A DNA stretch of 64,000 bases from Eledone cirrhosa (taxonomy: Eukaryota): positions 107,818,001-107,882,000 of the forward strand of contig OZ024744.1 in the NCBI GenBank assembly GCA_964016885.1. Direction: 5' to 3'. Numbering within the stretch: the stretch's first letter is position 1; each line of letters opens with the position of its first letter. Made by a program: the position numbers and the translations under genes. The notes under the pieces were generated by a model. It had not been told where the DNA came from. It saw nothing but the letters and a program-made list of their open reading frames with translations, and searched no databases. Positions 13,423 through 24,946 of the stretch are shown piece by piece.

Positions 13423-13563
13423 CTTCTCAATGTTGACCCAAAACTCTTTCACTTGCTTGGCCACCTGGCCTGCAATTCTCTTAAGTTTTTGGGCCTCTTC
13501 TTTGACAGCTCGTTGCTCCTTTTGATCTTGCTCCAAGTGGTACTTGGCAACCATTCGGGACAG
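13423..13563 (-). CDS. dom: domino exon (HSA domain C-terminal half)
   Basis: LSRMVAKYH...EEAQKLKRIAGQVAKQVKEFWVNIEK; tttcag and gtattt; phase 0-0. Confidence 0.96.
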
Positions 13564-14099
13564 CTGAAATGATACAAAGGAGAGTCAAATGGTTTATCAA
13601 GGCCCCAGCACTACCCCCTCCCCTACAAAGTGCATTATATTGATACAAGTGTTAGAGGTGTTGTCCAATGCTTAGCCAAACTGGAGAGACCTGTCTCCAT
13701 TTGATTACCAACAATTTTACCATATGTACTAGACATATTCCATTGTGGCACAAAACACAGAAAAGATTAACATCTGGTTGATTTGAGAAGCATTGTGAAA
13801 TTTAAATTATGCAAAAAAAAAAAAAAAAGTCACAACAATGCAGATAACTATAAATAGGTAAATAAACTGAGTGTGTCTACACTTTCTTCTGTATCAAATG
13901 ACTATGTTACATTATTTTTGAGGTTGACTTTACCTTTCATCCTTACGGGGTCGATAAAATAAAGTACCAGTAATGCACTGGGTAATTGTTGGCCTTGTGC
14001 CTAAAGTAGAAACAATTATTTATTAAACTATTATCTATTGTTATTTGCATTGCAGTGACTGTATTTCAAAAAGTCCCAATGCTTTTTAATATACACATA

Positions 14100-14590
14100 C
14101 TTGGATCTAGCTGTTGAAATGACAGGAGCTCAGCCGTCAGAGTCCTGAATTTTTCAGATTTCCCACTCTACTACGCCAAGTATCGAGTACTTTGGTGAGT
14201 AATGGTCTAACTGGTTTTTACCACTTTCATTAGTGAGTCCAGAAATAACCGTCGAAACGGCTTAAGCTCTACCGTTAGGGTGGTAGAGTGGGTAATAGGA
14301 AAAAGTTTAACCCCAAGTATTGAGTACTCTGGTGTGTTATGGTCCATCTGGTTCCTTACCACACTTCTTTCGTTATATATATATATATAATTGAATATAC
14401 AAGAGAGGTAAACACAAATATAAACATACATGTGTTCGAATTGTAAGGGACAATTCAAACATGTATGTTTATATTTGTGTTTACCTCTTGTATATTCAAT
14501 TATATTACACGGCTCAGAAAAACTTTTCTTTGAGCTATTTAAATGTAAGAGACTATTTTGAGTTTCTAACTCAATATATACCTCTGATAT
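14100..14590 (+). mobile_element. Diverged copy of the hammerhead-bearing repeat at 16169-16770
   Basis: Shares the ~100-bp tail (GAGACTATTTTGAGTTTCTAACTCAAT); decayed hammerhead core at 14221-14283. Confidence 0.55.
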
Positions 14591-14605
14591 ATATATATAT
14601 ATATG

Positions 14606-14650
<45 letters not shown>

Positions 14651-14654
14651 CAGA

Positions 14655-14721
<67 letters not shown>

Positions 14722-14723
<2 letters not shown>

Positions 14724-16173
14724 ATCATCGTTTAACGTCTATCTTCCACGCTAGCATGGGTTTAAACAGGAATTATCCCACCTGAGGCAAGATTGGTCGG
14801 GTAACCGTGTCTCGCTTGTATAGGACTGTCTGGCAGGTTTTCTACGGCTAGATGCCCTTCCTAACACCAACCACGTTTACAGTGTGGACTGGGAGGTCTT
14901 TACCGTGTTACCAACACGGCCACATTACAGCGTAGACTGTGTGTTTTTGTCGTGACACCTACACGACCTCATTTATTTCGGTACCAACATAACTTTACAG
15001 AGAAAGAGTGATGTTGGTGGGAGAGGGAGGGGGGAGTAGGGGTAGTGGGATGGGCTGTATATTTGGTTAGAAGGTGCCTACTGACTGTAGGTTTCGCTTT
15101 GTATATAGGCAAGGCGGATCACCTGTATTACTGCGGAGCGCCAAAGATCTTGGTCCAGAGACATTGTCATAGAAAGGTGTAAGCGTGTAAGGTCGGAATT
15201 TATCAAATCATCCCAGGTTTTCTGGGCCTACCTACTCCGTAACTTCCATTAATTTTGATCGCCCTTCACTTTTTTATACAGCTGTCGTCTTTCATGCGCA
15301 TCACGTGACCATACCAACGTAGTCTTCTCTCGAGTAAACAGCATCTGATCCCTCTTATTCTTAATTTCTCACTTAGTTCATTTAAGTTTTGCCGTTTGTG
15401 TATATTACTATTACACATCCAACGGAGCATGCATGCTTCATTCCTCTCCAGTCTGCACAGGTCCTCTGCACACAATGCTCTGCACACAATGTCTCACTGC
15501 CATGTAACATTGCTGTTCGTATACAAGCATCATACAGCCTGCCTTTCATTTTTAGAGAGAAACCTTTAGTGGCCAATAGTGGTATAAGCTCTCTGAACTT
15601 CTGACTCTGGCTACTGTACTTTCTGAGCACCCTCCACCACTGCTGATTTTGTCCCCCAGGTAACGGAAGGTGTCCACTATTTCTATAGAACCATCTGGGC
15701 AATGGAAGGAGCTAGTATCCTGTCCGCACTTGCTATTTATTGCACCTGAGTATCAGCCACATAAAATCTACGTTCTTAGATAGCTTACCTGTGATCCCAC
15801 TACATCTTTTATGTACCCATAGTTTGCATTTGGGACATAAAATGGAATTTCTGCCTACTCCTTTCCTACACACTGAGCATAGCCATTTCCCAGAGGGCAC
15901 CTGTGCCCTATTTTCCTTTCTACATACTAGAACTTTAGTTAACTTTAAGGCCTTTTGATTCTAGGCCATGCTTCCATGTTTGGAATTTCTTTTCTAGTTC
16001 AGCCATAGATTCAGCTATGAGAGTTAGATCATCTGCGTATAGAAGTTCCCATGGGCAGCCAGTCTTGAACTCCTCTGTTATAGCCTGAAGGGCAATAATA
16101 AATAGGAGGGGCTAAGGACAGAGCCTTGATGAACACCAACTTTTATGCTAAATTCTTCACTATATTCATTGTT
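14722..16173 (-). mobile_element. 5'-truncated PHD-RT RTE LINE
   Basis: Reverse complement of the 19822-21832 element from QGSVLS through PHD, C-terminus and 3' UTR; small indels. Confidence 0.92.
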
Positions 16174-16762
16174 CAGTTATAATATACAGCTCGGAAAGGC
16201 TATTTTCTTAGAGCTAATTTACTGTAATGAGACTATTTTGAGTTTCTAACTCAATACATGCCTTGATATATTCGGCTCTGTTAATTCGTCGAGTAAACCC
16301 GGCTGCTATTTTTAGTGGCGTGAGTCTGCGACACACGCTAAGTTCTGGAACCATGTGCGTCACATATACACACATTATCCAGTTTCTAATTAGATTTAGA
16401 AGTGATAAGGTTACTAATTTCTTCACCCACTGATGAGCTTAGAACTTTGGTAATCCTTTTCACAAATAATATTGTGAAACAGTTTTTATCAAAACTGTCC
16501 AGGTGTTTGGTTGTTACCACAATTATGGTTTGTATTTATTTTTCTTGATTTATTCTTAAATTGAGTCTAGCAAACCCTAGTGTCTGTAGTTAGTATTCTT
16601 TTCACCTTAGCAATTCTGGTCCATTACGATTTGAACACACATATATATGTCTGTGTTCGTTTTTTCCTTTTTGTTCAGTTATATACGGCTCGGAAAAGCT
16701 TTTTTCTTAGAGCTAATTTACAGTAATGAGACTATTTCGAGTTTCTAACTCAATACATGCCT

Positions 16763-16770
<8 letters not shown>
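16169..16770 (+). mobile_element. ~500-bp unit bounded by ~100-bp direct repeats and containing a hammerhead motif (retrozyme- or PLE pLTR-like)
   Basis: Direct repeats 16169-16270 and 16671-16770; CTGATGA at 16430, GAAAC at 16476, GTC at 16497-16499. Confidence 0.7.
16424..16505 (+). ncRNA. Type I hammerhead ribozyme, probably inactivated
   Basis: Exact core CUGAUGA and GAAA; 8-bp stem III ACAGTTTT-tatc-AAAACTGT; GUC cleavage triplet; stem I CACC/GGTG with two core-proximal mismatches. Confidence 0.7.
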
Positions 16771-16816
<46 letters not shown>

Positions 16817-16847
16817 ATATAAATATAAATGTATATATATATATATG

Positions 16848-16895
<48 letters not shown>

Positions 16896-16933
16896 AATAT
16901 ATATATGTATATGTATATATATATGTGTGTGTG

Positions 16934-16980
<47 letters not shown>

Positions 16981-16981
16981 T

Positions 16982-17030
<49 letters not shown>

Positions 17031-17071
17031 ATAAATATATATATATGTATATATATATATATACGTGTATA

Positions 17072-17108
<37 letters not shown>

Positions 17109-17134
17109 GTATATATATATGTGTGTGTGTATAA

Positions 17135-17168
<34 letters not shown>

Positions 17169-17175
17169 GTATGTA

Positions 17176-17710
17176 TAGACGGTAGCCACGGAATAGGCAG
17201 ACCTAGAAAAACCTGGGACGAGCTGATAAACTCCGACCTCACACACTTGCACCTCTCCAAGACAATGTCACTGGACCGAGACCTTTGGCGGTACTCAGTA
17301 ACAGAGAAAACCCGCCTTACCTAAATACATAGTAAAACCTACTACAGCCAGTAGGCATCTCTAACAAAATACCCGTCCCACCACCCCCACCCCCATCCAC
17401 ACCACCCCGTTCTATGTAAAGTTATGTTGGTGCCACACCATCCAGGCCGAAACAAATGAGATCGTGTAGGTGTCACGACAAAAAAACACACAGTCCACGC
17501 TGTAATGTGGCCGTGTAGGCAACACGGTAAAAACCTCCCAGACCCACACTGTAAATGTGGTTGGTGTTAGGAAGGGCATCCAACTGTAGAAAACCTGCCA
17601 GACAGTCCTATGCGAGCAAGACAATCACTCTTGCCTCAAGTGGGACTACCCCCGTCCAAACCCATGCAAGCGTGGAACACGGACGTTAAATGATGATGAT
17701 GATGATGGTG
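17176..17710 (+). mobile_element. Young RTE 3' end (last ORF codons plus 3' UTR)
   Basis: Nearly identical to 21277-21800; [18 protein letters not shown]...; GAT tail; follows a (TA)n tract. Confidence 0.92.
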
Positions 17711-17758
17711 ATGGTGGTGGTGGTGTGCGTGCGTGCGTGCGTGCGTGCGTGTATATAA

Positions 17759-17789
<31 letters not shown>

Positions 17790-17929
17790 TATATGTACAC
17801 ATATATATATACATATATATGTATATATATATGTATGTATGCAAAAGCGTAACAGAAATAACACAATCGGTACAGTATATGGAAGGGATATTTTAGGTTA
17901 ACGCTTGATATAGCAGGAAGAGGGTCGTT

Positions 17930-18224
17930 CGTATGTATGTATGTATGTACGTATGTATATACGTACGTACATACATACGTACATACATATGTACATACGT
18001 ACGTACATACATACGTACATACGTACGTATGTACGTATGTATGTACGTACCTACGTACATACGTACGTACGTACATACATACGTACATACGTACGTACAT
18101 ACATACGTACGTACATACATACGTACATACGTACGTACATACATACGTACGTACGTACGTACGTACGTACGTATGTATGTATGTATGTATATATATATAT
18201 ATACACATATATATATATATATAT

Positions 18225-18303
<79 letters not shown>

Positions 18304-18310
18304 TATATAT
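17930..18310. repeat. Compound (TACG/TACA)n plus (TA)n microsatellite
   Basis: Alternating purine-pyrimidine tetramers visible directly. Confidence 0.95.
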
Positions 18311-18650
18311 CATCATCATCATTTCATTTTACTTCCGCTTTTTCCCTGCTTGCAAGGGTGGGAGGGGAACTGATTCTGGCTTGATTTCTACAGCTGGATG
18401 CCCTTCCTAACACCAACCTCATTTACAGTGAATACTGGGTGCTTTTTTGCCGTGGCACCTCCACAACCACTTTACAGTGGAATGATATGGACCAGTCCCT
18501 ATCATCTCATTTCTACAGCTGAGTAAACTGGAGCAATGTGAAATAAAGTGTCTTGCTCAAGGAAACAACACATCACCTGGCCTGAGAATTGAACTCACAA
18601 CCTTTCGATTGCAAGGCCAATGCTCTAACCACGAAGCCATGTGCCTCCAC
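18310..18650 (-). mobile_element. tRNA-head SINE with RTE-like tail (same family as 40225-40565)
   Basis: Reverse complement has A box TGGCTTCGTGG, B box GAGTTCAATTCTC, TTGAGCAAGACACTTTA box, GGAAGGGCATCCAGCTGTAG and GAT tail. Confidence 0.85.
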
Positions 18651-19029
18651 ATATGTATATATCATCCAGTCCAAAATAAATGAGGTCGTGTAGGTGTCAC
18701 GACAAAAAACACACAGTCCACTCTGCAATGTGGCCATGTAGGTAACACGGTAAAAACCTCCCAATCCTCACTGTAAACGTGGTTGGTGTTAGGAAGGGCA
18801 TCCAGCCATAGACACTGTCACCCGACCAATCTTGTCTAAAGTGGGACAATTCCTGTCTAAACCCATGCTAGCTTGGAAGATAGACGTTAAACGATATATA
18901 TAAGATCTATATAAGATCCCGTTAAGGGTAAAAGCAGTGATTCTTTGCTTAAACTTTAATCTATTATTTTAATAAATATTTGCTCTATGGTTTTGATATA
19001 TATATTATCCTTATCGAGCTCTTTTCGGA

Positions 19030-19361
19030 TTTTAGTCTTCACATTTATTATCTATATATCTAAAAAAAGAATGTCTGTCTGATCACTAAAACTAGAGAAC
19101 CGCCCAACCAATTGTTTTCAAACTTTACACATGTAATACTTATGATCCTGTGAGTGTTTTGAGCAAAAATAATTTCAAATTTTCAATGTCCTAGGGACCG
19201 CATTAGGCGATTTAGCGATCTCTCTCTATAATTCCTCGTCTTTCTCTTTTTAGATAGATACATAGATATAACGTTGCGCCCTTATAACCGTATCCCTGGT
19301 TGTCTGCATTACGACATGATGTAACTGTGTGCGCTTGTGCGTGTGTGTGTATGTATATATA

Positions 19362-19393
<32 letters not shown>

Positions 19394-19533
19394 GATCCCG
19401 TTAAGGGTGAAAGCAGCGATTCTTTGCTTAAACTTTAATCTGTTATTTTAATATATATATATATATCACCATCATCATCATCATCATCATCATCGTTTAA
19501 CGTCCATCTTCCATGCTAGCATGGGTTTGGACG

Positions 19534-19591
<58 letters not shown>

Positions 19592-19740
19592 CTATATTTG
19601 TGTACAGATATTTTTGCATACACAATAACAGAATATAAACAAACGTATTTATTTCATGAGGCTCGATAAGGATAAATATATATCAAATATATAAGAACCC
19701 TAGAGCAAATCTCGAGCAACGCCGGCCCATTCTGTTAGTT
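19030..19740 (+). mobile_element. Second non-autonomous Helitron-like family with nested microsatellites
   Basis: A-TCTATATAT start; 3' CGAGCAACGCCGG...TTAG-T end. Confidence 0.5.
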
Positions 19741-19821
19741 ATTACTATATGTATATATATATAATAAAATAAATAGAGATGATCTAGAGTAACTATCTTT
19801 AGTTTATATATATATATATAT

Positions 19822-21832
19822 CGGCTGGGCCTTCGGAAATAGTTGCTGAGATGCTGAAGGCATCTGGCACGGTGGGACACACCATGGTCACCCGCATAGT
19901 TAACCAAGTCGTACAGAATGGGGTTGTTCCGAAGGACTGGCATAGCAGCATCATCGTTAACTGTTATAAGGGTAAAGGAGACGCCCTAGATAGGAGTAAC
20001 TATAGAGGCATTAAATTAATCGACCAGGTCATGAAGGTCACGGAAAGAGTAATAGCGCAACTAATCAGAGAGAGAATTGACCTAGATGAAATGCAGTTCG
20101 GGTTTGTGTCAGGCAAAAGTACCACAGACGCTCTTTTCATAGTACGACAACTACAGGAGAAGTACCTAGCTAAAGGTAAACCCCTCTACTTAGCTTTTGT
20201 CGACTTGGAGAAAGCCTTCGACAGAGTCCCCCGCTCCATTATCTGGTGGGCTCTTAGAAAACTAGGCGTTGACGAATGGCTTGTGAGGGCTATACAAGCC
20301 ATGTATAAAGAAACAGTCAGCAAGGTTAGAATTAACAACGAATATAGTGAAGAGTTTAGCGTAAAAGTTGGCGTCCATCAGGGCTCTGTTCTCAGTCCAC
20401 TACTATTTATTATTGCCCTTCAGGCTATAACAGAGGAGTTCAAGACAGGCTGCCCATGGGAACTCCTATACGCAGACGACCTGACACTCATAGCGGAATC
20501 AATGGCCGAGCTAGAGAAGAAATTCCAAACATGGAAGCACGGCCTAGAGTCAAAAGGACTTAAAATTAACCTGGCTAAGACCAAAGTGCTAGTTTGTAGG
20601 AAAGAAAACAAGGCGGCGGTCCCTTCTGGGAAATGGTCGTGCTCGGTGTGTAGGAAAGGCGTAGGTAGAAACTCCATTTTATGTCCTAAATGCAAAGTAT
20701 GGGTGCATAAAAGATGTAGTGGGATCACAGGTAAGCTAACTAAGAACATAGATTTTACATGTGGCCGGTGCTCTGGTGCAATAAGTAGCAGCAAGTGCCC
20801 ACAAACTACTAGCTCTTTCAATTGCGCAGAGGGTTCTATAGAAATAGTGGACAGCTTCCGTTACCTGGGCGATAAAATCAGCAGTGGGGGAGGGTGCTCT
20901 GAAAGTACTGTAGCTAGAGTCAGAACTGGTTGGAAAAAGTTCAGAGAGCTTATACCACTATTAGCTGCTAAAGGGTTCTCACTAAAAATGAAAGGCAGGT
21001 TGTACGATGCCTGCATACGAACAGCAATGCTGCATGGCAGTGAGACCTGGGCATTGTGTGCAGAGGATATACGCAGACTAGAGAGGAACGAAGCTTGCAT
21101 GCTCCGCTGGATGTGTAACAGTAATATACGTGAACGGCAAAGCATAAACGAACTAAGGAAAAAATTAGAGATAAGAGGGATCAGATGTTGTTTACTCGAG
21201 AGAAGGCTACGTTGGTATGGACACGTGATGCGCATGAAAGTCGATAGCTGTATAACAAAGTGCAGGGCAATAAAGATAGACGGTAGTCACGGAATAGGCA
21301 GACCTAGAAAAACCTGGGACGAGCTGATAAACTCCGACATCACACACTTACACCTCTCCAAGACAATGTCACTGGACCGAGACCTTTGGCGGTACTCAGT
21401 AACAGAGAAGACCCGCCTTACCTAAATATATAGTAAAACCTACTCCAGCCAGTAGGCATCTCTAACAAAATACACCCCGTCCCACCACCCCCACCCCCAC
21501 CCGATCCACACCACCCCGTTCTATGTAAAGTTATGTTGGTGCCGCGCCTTCGAGGCCGAAACAAATGAGATCGTGTAGGTGTCACGACAAAAAAACACAC
21601 AGTCCACGCTGTAATGTGGCCGTGTAGGCAACACGGTAAAAACCTCCCAGACCCACACTGTAAATGTGGTTGGTGTTAGGAAGGGCATCCAACTGTAGAA
21701 AACCTGCCAGACAGTCCTATGCGAGCAAGACAATCACTCTTGCCTCAAGTGGGACTACCCCCGTCCAAACCCATGCAAGCGTGGAACACGGACGTTAAAC
21801 GTTGATGATGATGATGATGATGATATCATCAT
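19822..21832 (+). mobile_element. Young 5'-truncated RTE-clade LINE
   Basis: Open frame from the element edge, CpG retained, 3' UTR ending in (GAT)n, begins right after (TA)n. Confidence 0.96.
19851..21425 (+). CDS. Uninterrupted RTE ORF2 fragment: RT with inserted PHD finger (endonuclease missing through 5' truncation)
   Basis: NYRGI, QFGF, FVDLEKAFDRV, GVHQGSVLSP, YADD, GLKINLAKTK, C4-H-C3 finger at 20640-20771, [21 protein letters not shown]. Confidence 0.93.
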   Translation: MLKASGTVGHTMVTRIVNQVVQNGVVPKDWHSSIIVNCYKGKGDALDRSNYRGIKLIDQVMKVTERVIAQLIRERIDLDEMQFGFVSGKSTTDALFIVRQLQEKYLAKGKPLYLAFVDLEKAFDRVPRSIIWWALRKLGVDEWLVRAIQAMYKETVSKVRINNEYSEEFSVKVGVHQGSVLSPLLFIIALQAITEEFKTGCPWELLYADDLTLIAESMAELEKKFQTWKHGLESKGLKINLAKTKVLVCRKENKAAVPSGKWSCSVCRKGVGRNSILCPKCKVWVHKRCSGITGKLTKNIDFTCGRCSGAISSSKCPQTTSSFNCAEGSIEIVDSFRYLGDKISSGGGCSESTVARVRTGWKKFRELIPLLAAKGFSLKMKGRLYDACIRTAMLHGSETWALCAEDIRRLERNEACMLRWMCNSNIRERQSINELRKKLEIRGIRCCLLERRLRWYGHVMRMKVDSCITKCRAIKIDGSHGIGRPRKTWDELINSDITHLHLSKTMSLDRDLWRYSVTEKTRLT

Positions 21833-22600
21833 CACCGTTTTACGTCCGTTCTTCCATGCTAGCATGGGTCAGATATATATATATATGAATAAAAACTATG
21901 GCCGATACAGACAGTAGTTCCATATATATATGATGATATGAAGGGCATACAAAAGTTGCCCCGCTCCCAAAAATTGAGAGGACTCAATTGTGTCAAGGGT
22001 TTAAAAACCTGTCAGTGAAACGATAAAATGCATTTAAATGCATTCTGTAAAGTGCAAGATTGTATGTAAGCAAGATGTAGTAACTCGAAGTATTGATTTG
22101 GTCTTTGACAACACATCCAACCCCTGCTAGCAGAGATAATGATGAATAGCTCAACTTAACTATTATTATAGTTATCTGCACTGTAGAGGCTACGTTTTCC
22201 AATTTCCCAATGTTTGGTAATCAATCAAGACTTACACTTCTAACTTTATGCTTAAATATATAGCAGTGAGAACGAAAATACATGACTGGGAAGGCAGATT
22301 GAAAAATATAGGGAGGTGAATAGAGAGAGAGATAAACAAACAGAAAGAAAGACCAACAGGTCATGGATAGACAGACAGATATATGAACAGACAGACAGAC
22401 AGGCATGCATAAATAGAGAGATAGGATATTAATAGACAGATTGATAGAAAACCAGAGACATAGTAAAATAGAGACCACATCATGCAGTTGGCAATCTAAC
22501 TCATGACCTAAATGCTCCTAACTAACCATTAAGCCACACACATAAACAGATAGACAGCCTTCACATTTCACACACAGAGTTCCAAATTTCTCAGATTTAC

Positions 22601-22925
22601 CTTTCGAGCAGCAGCTTTTTTCCATTTTCTTTCCTGTGCAAAATCTGCAGCTAACCACTGCATCTCTTCGAGCAGATAATCCCAATGGGCCTTGTTCCTG
22701 GCTGGCTCTTGCACTTTAGGTAACCTACGGGCAGACCAGAGCCCATCCTTCCTTAATTCGGCAACCCGGTGCATCACCTGTGCCTCCTGTTTTGCTCGCT
22801 CCACTATCGCTTCTTGCGATCCAATGGCACTATCGTACACTGCTGAGATAGCTTGCTGGCGTGTGTTTAAGCGATGGGCTGGAGATGTTGGTGATTTCGG
22901 TGTTCGTACCATAGGCTGGGTCCCA
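22601..22925 (-). CDS. dom: domino exon (HSA domain N-terminal half)
   Basis: ERAKQEAQVMHRVAELRKDGLWSARRLPKVQEPARNKAHWDYLLEEMQWLAADFAQERKWK; ttttcag and gtaaat. Confidence 0.97.
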
Positions 22926-23524
22926 CTGAAAAATATTAAAAAATCAAAATGAAATGAATTTTACTGCTTACACACCTACATTATATCTCAGAGGTTTCTT
23001 GGGTGTTTTAATTATAGGTGCCCTTGTCATATCACACACACACAGACAAACATTTATTTTTACAGTTTACACTAATGTGAATTTAGCTGTCCTACGAGGA
23101 TGCATCTCATATGAGCTTTCGCAGGTGTTTAATGACAGGATCCTCAGCCCTATCGTGAAAAGCAATATAGAATGAGACCCCTGGTCCAGGAATCTTATGA
23201 CTTTATGATCGTGAATCCAAAAGACTAACCATTAGAACACATTACTTCACTTCTAGAAAAACCAAATGATCCAATATATGTATGTGTGAGTATATATAAA
23301 ACATCCACAGTGGTTAAAAAGTTCACTTTACAACTGTGGGCTGGGGTCCCTCCAACTGTCTTCTAATATAGTCCTGAGCTGACCAATACCATGTGAGTAA
23401 AATTTAGTAGATGAAACTGTAAAAGTCCATGTCTGTTGTCCTTGATAACAGATGAAATTACATAATTTTATTTCCTACATATGTTTTAGTGGTCATCTCT
23501 GCTTTCATAAGTGAAATAAACTTT

Positions 23525-24065
23525 TTCCCATCCAAAAAAGGTTGCAAAGAAGTAGTTGATAGATTTTATTACCTTAATGACTTAATTAGCAGTAAAGGAG
23601 GAGGTTCTGAGAGCATAGCAACTAGAATAAGAACAGGGTGGAAAAAGCTACTGCCTCTTGATGACAAAGAAATTTTCTTTCAAAGTGAAGGATGGATTGT
23701 ATGATGCTACATGTGGAATGTGATGATATGTAGCATTGAGACATGGCCAGTGAATATAGAAGATATGCAAGGACCGGATAAGAATAAATCAAGCATACTC
23801 TGTTGGATGTATAATGTTAGTGTGCATGAACAATAAAGCACAGATCAACTGTGACAGAAATTGAATATATGAGGAATGTGATGTGATAGAAGTGCTGGTA
23901 TAGATACATGAGGTGCATGGATGATGATTGTTCAGTAGAGAAGTACAAGGAGATGCAAATGTAAAGAAACTACTGTATAAGAGGGCAAAGGAAGACTTGG
24001 GTAGAAATAGTGAGACCTGATCCCATCAGACCTATACAAGCATGAAAAAAACATGTAAAATGATG
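23525..24065 (+). mobile_element. Old, highly decayed RTE 3' fragment
   Basis: EVVDRFYYLNDLISSKGGGSESIATRIRTGWKK. Confidence 0.75.
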
Positions 24066-24139
24066 GTAATAATAGTATTTTACTATACAGTTCATTTTCA
24101 ACGGGTGTTATGCTAGTAGAAGTAATAATATTTACTTAC

Positions 24140-24449
24140 ACAGGAGACAGTAGAGCACTTTTGATAATTTGAGATGATTGGGCAAGGGTTCCTTTCCCCT
24201 CTGTGGCCTTTGTTGAGGGGCTGGCTATTGTTAATATATGCAGAGGGGGCACCCGAGAAGCAACAGTGGGGGTTGTTGCCACAGAGACAGACATGCCACT
24301 GTCTGTTGGGGTTGGAGTGGTAGACACAGTGATGACAGTTGTCGTGGTGACCGTACTGGTAGCAGTTGCTGTGGGAATGCCAGGTGTAGCACTGATGTTT
24401 CCACTGGTCACAGCATTGGCGATAGATGCTCCTGTAATTACTGGTATAC
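24140..24449 (-). CDS. dom: domino exon (Thr/Ser/Ala-rich low complexity)
   Basis: ccatccag and gtaagt; phase 1-2 matches both neighbours exactly. Confidence 0.85.
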
Positions 24450-24946
24450 CTGGATGGAAATAGAGCCAGAGGTTATATTTTTTTACATTAGTCAAGATGA
24501 ATGTATATATATATATCTATATTCACAAAAATATACAATATAATCACAACATACATATAATCACACACGCATATATATACAAATATATCCAACCACTGCA
24601 AGCAGATAGCAAATGCTAAATGATGATACATACACACACACTAATATACATACTGCATTCCATAAACTAAAAAAATACAATTCAAGCTTATAACATGAAT
24701 AGAATAGAATACATACATACATATATATATATAATATATATATTTTATACACACACAAGTGTGTCTGTATACATGTGTGCATACATATAACATACACATA
24801 TATATGCATACATATACATGGATATACATATACACATGTGTGTGTATGTGCATATATATATATATATTATATATATATATACACACACACATATGGCGCA
24901 AGCCATATACCAAACGAAAGATCTGAATGCTCCATAAGACTGAATT

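Noticed and set aside
19822-21832. Autonomous active LINE or domesticated gene
   Set aside because: 5'-truncated with no endonuclease or promoter; the intact frame is explained by recent insertion
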